A stretch of DNA of 63,998 nucleotides, filler included, from Dimargaris cristalligena (taxonomy: Eukaryota): assembly GCA_003614675.1 (NCBI GenBank). It is 5 parts of 5 records of this genome, joined end to end, with 100 filler letters (N's around TTAATTAATTAA, not from the genome) between each part and the next. Parts side by side here need not be neighbours in the genome. Positions count along the whole stretch, not along the records: positions 52,166 to 63,998 come from ML003081.1; 4 more parts are not named here. One strand, given 5' to 3'. The position numbers were made by a program, and so were the translations under genes. Positions within the stretch are counted from its first letter, which is position 1. Each line of letters opens with the position of its first letter. Positions 56,836 through 63,998 of this stretch are shown here, one piece after another. The notes under the pieces are model-generated. The model saw nothing but the letters and a program-made list of their open reading frames with translations, was not told where the DNA came from and made no database searches.

Positions 56836-58625
56836 TTGGCAAAATCGGCGGAGTATCCGAGGAATGGTGTGCGGGGTTTTATACTGAATGCCTGGGGGGG
56901 CGTGGCATTCGCCCAAGGTAAAGTATAAAAGGGGGCTGGTTCAATGTCTGTGTAATATGGCGGGAGACAGGTAGAGGGGAGTGGCTAAACCGGGCTGACA
57001 GTAGCCGAGATGAAAGGAACTGGATAGGAATAGAGAGAATATGTGAGCCGTCTAAAGGGGGCAGTGGGAGGCAAAGTATTTATAGTCTCTCTGTGTGTGT
57101 GTGTGTGTGTGTGTGTCGTGCGGCCCGATGCATGCAGGATGGATGTATGCGTGGAGAGCAGATTATTTGAGCGGGTTATCGGATCCGCACCGATGCCTGG
57201 CTGACTGATGAATCGATAACGATACCGGAAAACCCATGCAGGCTCAGACACCAGGAGTGGGTGTGCGTTGGGTAGAGGGAGAAGGGAGGATGCGGCTAAT
57301 CATACTTGCTTAGCCAGAGGGATATCCCAATGATTGATTCAGGGCACACGGCAAAGGGATATTAATCTGCACATAATGGTAGCGATTAATTAATGGGAGG
57401 TATAGTGCAATATACTAATAACTAACTGACTGACAGGCTGTTTTGTTGTTCCCCTTGACATCAACCGGGGCAGTGGATTCGGCTCCAAACACAATGTGTT
57501 CAGCTAAAACTACTTATTTACTTACAAGGTGGTGTGGCGATAGTGATCGCATCGCAGGCATCCCCCTCTCCCCGTATAAGGGGACTAGCCAATCGAAGGG
57601 ACACCTTCCCGCCAATCAGCCCTAGCCCGGCGAAACATCGTGACGACCTAGTCGCCCAATCGGACATTCACCCGAACCAACCGCAACCCCGTCATGGGCC
57701 AGTCGCGAATAAACACTCGAATGGAAAATTATGTGGACCCAATTAAAGGGGGCCGATAGCAATGCAGTTTAAATGCTACCCCTGCGGGGGAGAAGAAGAA
57801 GAAGAAGAAGTAGCACCCATTGTTGATTGCAGGTCAATCTAATGGCCATACCGCCCCATAGTAACACCCCCCCCACTATACCCTTATGCAACAACCACCA
57901 GCGCCTTCGGCCATACTAGTACAAACAAAATAAGGGGGGCGGCATCGACATGGCCATGGGCCCAGGTCGTTGCAGGACTAGCATGGAGAGAGCATTGGGT
58001 TAGGGCAGGCTTCGCAAACAAATTGGGAAGCGGCTCTCTCACAGGTGGCGGTATCTGTCTGATCCGACGGTCATCGATAGTGCGCAAATGAAGGTCGCTC
58101 TAATCAGACTCCGCATCTGTGGCCACGCTGATTGGTACTCCACGAATCGATAAGCCCGATAAATTTGGGAGCGGGGGCGGCTTCAGACAGAAGCGGAGTA
58201 GGCCATTGGCCGCGGGTGGTTTCCACATGCCCCCCTGAATCACTTGGTATGATGTCGGCCCGATATAGACCCCCTTTCCAGTCAGGACTGGTGCTGTTTA
58301 ATATAAACTGACCATTAACCACCAAGGGATCCCTCCCCTCCCCAGAGTAGGCCGCCTTTCCCTGCCGTCACCTGCCAGGGGAAAAGGGCGCCTAATTAAG
58401 CTCGTCTATTAAAGGGACCCCGCCATCAATGAACTGGCCCGGAAGCCACCGCACCGCGTCGGATCAAGTCGGAATACAGGGACGACGGCACCCACTGAAC
58501 GTAAGGCAGGGTGATATGATTTAGCAATGGTTAGTGGTTGGCTTGGCCCAGACCTCCCGGGTCTTAAAAAGGGATGTTTCGAAAATAGCTCCTACCATGT
58601 GACCGCCGTTATCTTATCGATTCCA

Positions 58626-58767
58626 TATGGGAAAAGTTCAACCAGGCTGCATAACGATAAATCTGTTGGATGAGGCAAAAATCACTGGTTTAAAACGATT
58701 CTCCTACATATTTCCCCATACGTGCATCATTCAAAACCTTATACAGCTGCACTGAATTCCACCCGTA
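58626..58767 (+). mobile_element. 142-bp MITE-like element, copy 2
   Basis: TATGGGAAAAGTTCAACCAGGCTGCATAAC ... CCTTATACAGCTGCACTGAATTCCACCCGTA; collinear with the reverse complement of 25600-25741. Confidence 0.7.
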
Positions 58768-59184
58768 TTCTTTTCTTTAGAGAAATTCCACCCGGTGGGC
58801 TGTGTGAACAAAAACAACTGGTCGGGGGATTTTCGGCTGGGCCTGCCGGATTTTGGGTTATGCAGTCGTAAAATGAAGAGATTTCGTTTTTAAAAATGAG
58901 GGCCTTCTATTCCTGGCCTCTTCTGCTTAAACTACTTGCATGGTGGGGAAGGAGAGAGGTGCGTGGATTTAAATGACTCAGCCCCGTGCCGACTCTTTCA
59001 CTATGCACATGAGAAACGGCCATACTACACGGACCGATTGGGTCAGATAACCCCATTAGAAGCACACATAGGCACCAGTAATCCCAATAGCCTCCTTATC
59101 CGGGCACCATCTCATTATCTATCTTATCTATACCATAAAATGGATCACATGTTGTCCTGTATTTAAGCCCACTTTCCCTTGGCG

Positions 59185-59312
59185 TGTATCCAACCGCTGT
59201 AAATCTCAGCCATTTCGGCGAATATTACTAGTTAAAAATGAATATCCCGTCTACTCTCCTATACACATAACATGTAAAACCCTATACAGCTTGGATGAAC
59301 TTCTCCCATATA
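59185..59312 (+). mobile_element. MITE family copy with a degraded left end
   Basis: GGCGAATATTACT...TAAAAAT...CTCTCCTATACACAT...TGTAAAACCCTATACAGCTTGGATGAACTTCTCCCATA matches the element interior and right TIR. Confidence 0.65.
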
Positions 59313-60330
59313 TATATATATATATATTATAGACATTGGTTGCAACTGGCTCGGCTAGAATCAACCCTGGCCAGTTGATCCGCTTCTTCCTGCTTCCCTC
59401 TCTTAGCTCCAACCGGCCTTATTTTATGTGCATTACCTACCAATAAAAACCTCTCAGGTCCTTTTCGAATATGTGCTGATTCACCACTGCGGGCCCAGTT
59501 TAACCACCGGGTCATTGGAGTCGATGCGCGCTGGCCATGGGGGAAAAGGGGCATATTGTAGCCAACCAAGCCCTTGGTGCTGCTTATGACCCTCCTCAAA
59601 CATAAGCACTGCCAGGGGGCGAAGACCCTGGACGCACCTGTGCCACTTTTATTCCCCTCTCAGCGAAATAGGGATGTTTAAGGAAGGCTAAAGAGGTGGT
59701 GGTTGGTATACACCAAATGCAACTGTGCACAGTAGCGGAAGAGTGCCACTGAAAGATTGCCTAGGCCGGTTTATTCGCTGAAAATGCTTCACGGTCACTG
59801 TGGGGCACACCAAGAGAAAGAGAAATCCATTCTTTTCCCGCCTTCCATAGTCAGCTTGTCCATCCGAAATAGGTTGGCATAGCTTTATTGCCCACGTTTG
59901 CTGTCCGTTTCTTGACTCTATTGTTATGGGCCTGGTGCTCAAATTCGACTCATTTTAGAGTAACGGTTTGTTCCCCACTTTTTCCCGAATTACCTCAGGC
60001 TCCGTAGACTTAGATTATTAACATTATAGTTATTAACTCAGTCCTTTGTTTCCCATCCGTACTCGAGAGCCTTCTTCCCCCATATCGTTTTACTCGGCCC
60101 CATTAACCGAACGAGCGACTCGGCTTGGGCTTTGCTTCGTGAAGCCCCCCTCTCTACTATTATAATTTGTTTATTGGGCCGCTCCCGATCCCTTCAGCCG
60201 CTCTACACTTCCTTGTTATTATACCCTCGAACCCCAGCTCCCTCTTCTTCCACCGCCCCCGCACTCCCGGTCGCTCGTTCATAGCTCCGCGGAAGCCGAC
60301 CGACCGACCACCCAGTCGCAGGCATACGCC

Positions 60331-61431
60331 ATGGATGTCCTTGCTCCACTTAGCCCGGGAGTACGGCAGGCCGTTGATGCTCTCCCCCAGTACACCTTGG
60401 AGGCCGAGCCCCAGCTGGCCCTCGATCCGGACATTGCCTACGGCCGCAAGTCCTTCCACATGGAGGAGGTTCAACAGAATCTCCCCGAGCTCCTTCAGCT
60501 CCACGTCGAGTTAGCCGCAGCGGCTTCCAATCCCCCTACTGCCACGGGTGCTGTTGTCCCCCCGCCTGACTCGTCGTTAGTGTCGTCGTCTACCTTGACC
60601 CCGGGGTCCGACCGGGAAAGTCAGACCATCGAGGCGTTGCTCGAGGGGTCCCGCTCCTCCCCTCCTCCACCCCTCCCCAGCCGGGCAGGAGTCCTCCAAT
60701 CCGTCTCGTCGGCCTCCCCTTCAGAGGCCGCCCCATCTCTGCTGGAACACGATTCGGTGCCCATGCCCCAGATTACTACAGCTCCACCTGGAGGCACAAC
60801 AGCGGCCCACTCCACTGCCCTGGCGGCAACGGCCGCGCAGCTCGAGGAGGGGGTGGCAGCAACCACGACGACTCCCCTAGCCGACCATCGCCCCGCCCGG
60901 ACTCCGTGGTCCGCCGAGGCCTCCATCTGGAAACCCTCGGTCGCTTGGAGCCAGGCCTGCTTCATTTCTTTCGTGGCCCTCCCCCTGACCCTACCGTACA
61001 TGGCCATTACCGTCGTCTTTAACCTGGCCGCCCTCTTGACCTTTTTCCTATTTCCCGTGGGGTTACCCATCACCTTTGTACTGTCCGCCGGTGTGCGCGC
61101 CATGGGCCGAGTCGAACTATGGTGCTTACAAAAGGTCAGCCACCGGCCCCCAATAGCCAACCCACCCTGGATTATCGAGCCCCCTAACACGCCCCCCGCC
61201 AACTTCATCCGTTTTCTCGGCCGGCCGTTCTTATCCATCTACATTCTGCAGAGCTTCGTTTACTTCACTATCATCCGGCCCCTCTTATGTTGCGCGCTTT
61301 GGATGGCCTGCGTGGTCTGCTGGTGCGGGCTTTTTCCTTTCGGTTTCATCTGGCCCGCTCACTTTAATTATGCCTTCATCTACCTGGGCGAATCCCTTTA
61401 CTTGGCTTCCGTATTCTACCTTGGCGAATAG
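60331..61431 (+). CDS. Hypothetical membrane protein with a disordered N-terminus and about four C-terminal TM helices
   Basis: 366-aa ORF. The hydrophobic hairpin ALPLTLPYMAITVVF...FPVGLPI...AGVRAMGRVE is followed by a second hairpin, and resembles the PF13796 putative sensor pattern (tentative). Confidence 0.7.
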   Translation: MDVLAPLSPGVRQAVDALPQYTLEAEPQLALDPDIAYGRKSFHMEEVQQNLPELLQLHVELAAAASNPPTATGAVVPPPDSSLVSSSTLTPGSDRESQTIEALLEGSRSSPPPPLPSRAGVLQSVSSASPSEAAPSLLEHDSVPMPQITTAPPGGTTAAHSTALAATAAQLEEGVAATTTTPLADHRPARTPWSAEASIWKPSVAWSQACFISFVALPLTLPYMAITVVFNLAALLTFFLFPVGLPITFVLSAGVRAMGRVELWCLQKVSHRPPIANPPWIIEPPNTPPANFIRFLGRPFLSIYILQSFVYFTIIRPLLCCALWMACVVCWCGLFPFGFIWPAHFNYAFIYLGESLYLASVFYLGE

Positions 61432-63998
61432 CAAGAGCCCTTCCTTCATTAACCTATTGTTCGAGGGACCTAATCCACAGTGGTGTTGGCCTTGGCTTTG
61501 AACACACTCTCTCCTTCCTCCATCCCGCTCGAATTGTTATTTCTCTGTGTGTAACCACACTCTCCCTCCTACCAAAGCGGCGGCTGACTTCCCCGTGCCC
61601 CCCCCCCTCCTTGACGATCACCCCTTTAAACTGCATTAGGCCGACCCCTACTAATTTCTTTTTATTGTTCCTCATTATGAGCTGTTCTGGCTAATTTGGA
61701 CGAGCGGCTGTTCCGCATTCGATCCAGACAAATTTTAAACATACTTGTATTTTAGACACTGATTTTTACGATCCCTTCATTTAACGACCTTTCTACTTGA
61801 TTAATTGGCCTGTTTGGTCGTCGTCCTTGAAGGTCAATTCGCTCCGTAACGTAAGTTCTTGGATAGTACCAATTTCCCCGTCTTCCCTGATATATATATA
61901 TATAGATAATTTTTATAAAAGTCAAAAGACGAAGGCCAAAACTACCATAATAAATATAACGGGCGTGGACGCGCCCCTTACAAATTGCATCGATGTGATT
62001 GCTATATTCTATACACTTGACTAGCTATTGTCCGATGGAAAGCAAGCCCGAAGAGTGGTGGTATAGTTGGGCAGCCTAATGCGACGGTCTTTTGGATTAT
62101 AATGGAGTACATAGACAGGCAGGGGCACCGGCCCTCGAGGTGGATGAAAGGCTGACCACCTTCCTATAGCCTCAGCCTGGCCAGCGATGATGCTCCTCAT
62201 TCCCTTACAGGACAGTATCAAGGTCCAGATTATCCTGAGTTTATTGAGATATATAATGTCCCCTTGGCCACTGCGCTCTTCTTCAATATTGCATCGATTA
62301 ACCCTAGTGGCTTTACCCAGACATGTTGGGACACTCGTCTTGTTGCTGTATTGAGAGACTAACAGTTTGGCCATTAACATGGCCAGTCGGGTCTGGTATT
62401 GATAGAGGGAAGTTAGAGTGAATAGCAGAAAAATCGCATTCATAAACAATAAGAACCAATCGGGCCGCTCACTTCGATAAAGTCAGCCGATAGACGCCCG
62501 CGTGGCTAGTTGACGAACTGACAAGCACGAGTAATACCCAATTCATTATAAACTACCCTTATTAAAATTATTGTCTTAAAGAGAGAGAGAGGTGTAAGCA
62601 CATATGATCCATAGGACTACTGAAACAGACTACCTTATGGGCCAGATTTTTCTGGCTTTAACCAATATTCCCTTTGGTCGTGTAGTGCGTATTTTAAATA
62701 GCTTCGCCCAAGAAGAGGTATGTAGTGTTTCTCCTCCGAACTGCGGTGATTCTGCGGCGAGTTTTTGGGGGAGGCCGTCCGTATAGTAATATGGCGTTGT
62801 AACTTATTGCTAAAAACGGGTGGCACTAGAAGATAGGCAATCGGTATTAGGCCTTTCATTTTGGCCTGATGGGGTAGTGCATATCTCAACTTATAGGACC
62901 TTGGCAGGCTAAATAAGCTATACGGATACTAGAGGGGGAGAGGACGTCACAGGTGCTGTGGACATTTCAGAGAGGCTGAGGTCAACTATAGAAAGAAGAT
63001 CCCGTTTGAACAAGACGAAATTTACAGCTTCAAATTTATTTACTGCCTATTGCCTTATTTGTATTTCACTCATCAACTACACTAAACAGTATACAGTACT
63101 GTGGTTTGTTACGGGTAATGTACCCTTACTACCTATTCTCTTGGCTGAGCGCTATGCCTCTATCCGAGAGCTTTGCCAGGTTGTTTACATGTATTACTCC
63201 AGGGCAAAGTTCCGACTACTATTAAGGGGAGACATCCCCAATGCTCTTTGTCGGACCCATAAACACCAATCCTGTAGGACCGAACAAATTAAACTCCTTT
63301 CACAATGGTTTGAGGGAACCCTTTTAAGATCAGGCAAAGTCGCCATTAATTTGAGCTCTATTTCCTAAATATGGTGCCATACGGCCATCTTGGCTTTCGT
63401 TACTCGCGCGTATCTAGTACAGGTGCTTGCAATTATTAATAAATGGTTGATTCTGAAGTAATATAAAGAGGAGATGGGTTATTTATAGTTTCGACTAAAG
63501 CGTATGGGTAGGTTATAGCAGGGCGCAAGAGACAGAGAAGGAGGTCGGGGCTCCTCGGTCTCTCGCGTGGCTGCATCCACAGCATAATGTTTGTATACAA
63601 TGCTGCATACCAGGATTTCAAGTCCGCAGTCATACATATATTGCCTGATGTTATTGCTCTTTCCTAGCTGAGGCTGTCTTACCCGTCTGGTGTTAGTATA
63701 GTGGCCACTTACCAAAACAATGAATTAGCGACGGCCTCTAGCTAAGTGCCCGGATATATAAACCCGCCCTCTCCGCACTGGAGGCCCTTCACCTTCTCTT
63801 TCCCGCTCTCACTTCCCAACTCATTTTCCATTTCATAGCGTGTTTCATTCGCAAGCGCTGGTTCACCACTGCCGTCCGTGTCGATATTGTCTAGACATAT
63901 CTCATCTCTCATTCCTCCCCCCATCTATCCTTCGTTTAGACCCTTATCGGTCCCTTTCCACCATGATCACCACCAACTTTTACCTGCCACGTCTTTTC

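Noticed and set aside
55246-57115. (TA)n and (TG)n microsatellites around the Amt gene (also GA/GT near 6490 and CT near 38370)
   Set aside because: Ordinary simple repeats with no sign of special function.
1-63998. tRNA, rRNA or snRNA genes
   Set aside because: I found no convincing cloverleaf or rRNA/snRNA signature by eye; tRNAscan-SE and Infernal are needed to exclude them.

Overview
Eukaryotic DNA, most consistent with an early-diverging fungus (GT-AG introns, fungal gene families); the species cannot be determined from this sequence. The window is not one locus. It is five contigs (1-12953, 13054-26004, 26105-39049, 39150-52065, 52166-end) joined by artificial N44-TTAATTAATTAA-N44 linkers, so adjacency across gaps means nothing. 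About 15 protein genes are supported: Prm10/ThrE-like membrane protein, a large chromatin-reader/DNA amino-methyltransferase, Slh1/ASCC3 helicase, KDM4-type demethylase, an Rrg8-like ORF, organellar TypA/BipA, Rtt103-like CID protein, twinfilin-like protein, a disordered protein, Bax inhibitor-1, a hAT-derived BED-finger gene, an FCP1/CPL-like phosphatase, a SOD-fold surface protein, an Amt/Mep transporter and a membrane protein. There are also copia relics, a 142-bp MITE family and nearly CpG-free repeat tracts. Top observation: the methyltransferase gene (at least 1885 aa: Tudor, Tudor, ZZ, ePHD, ZZ, GATA-like finger, HPPY-type MTase, degenerate second MTase) is broken by a clean 400-bp inversion at 11621-12020. 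Flipping it restores one open frame at both junctions and recovers a second Tudor domain now on the wrong strand. Also notable: a SOD-fold protein lacking all four copper-binding histidines, and a frameshifted domesticated hAT gene.
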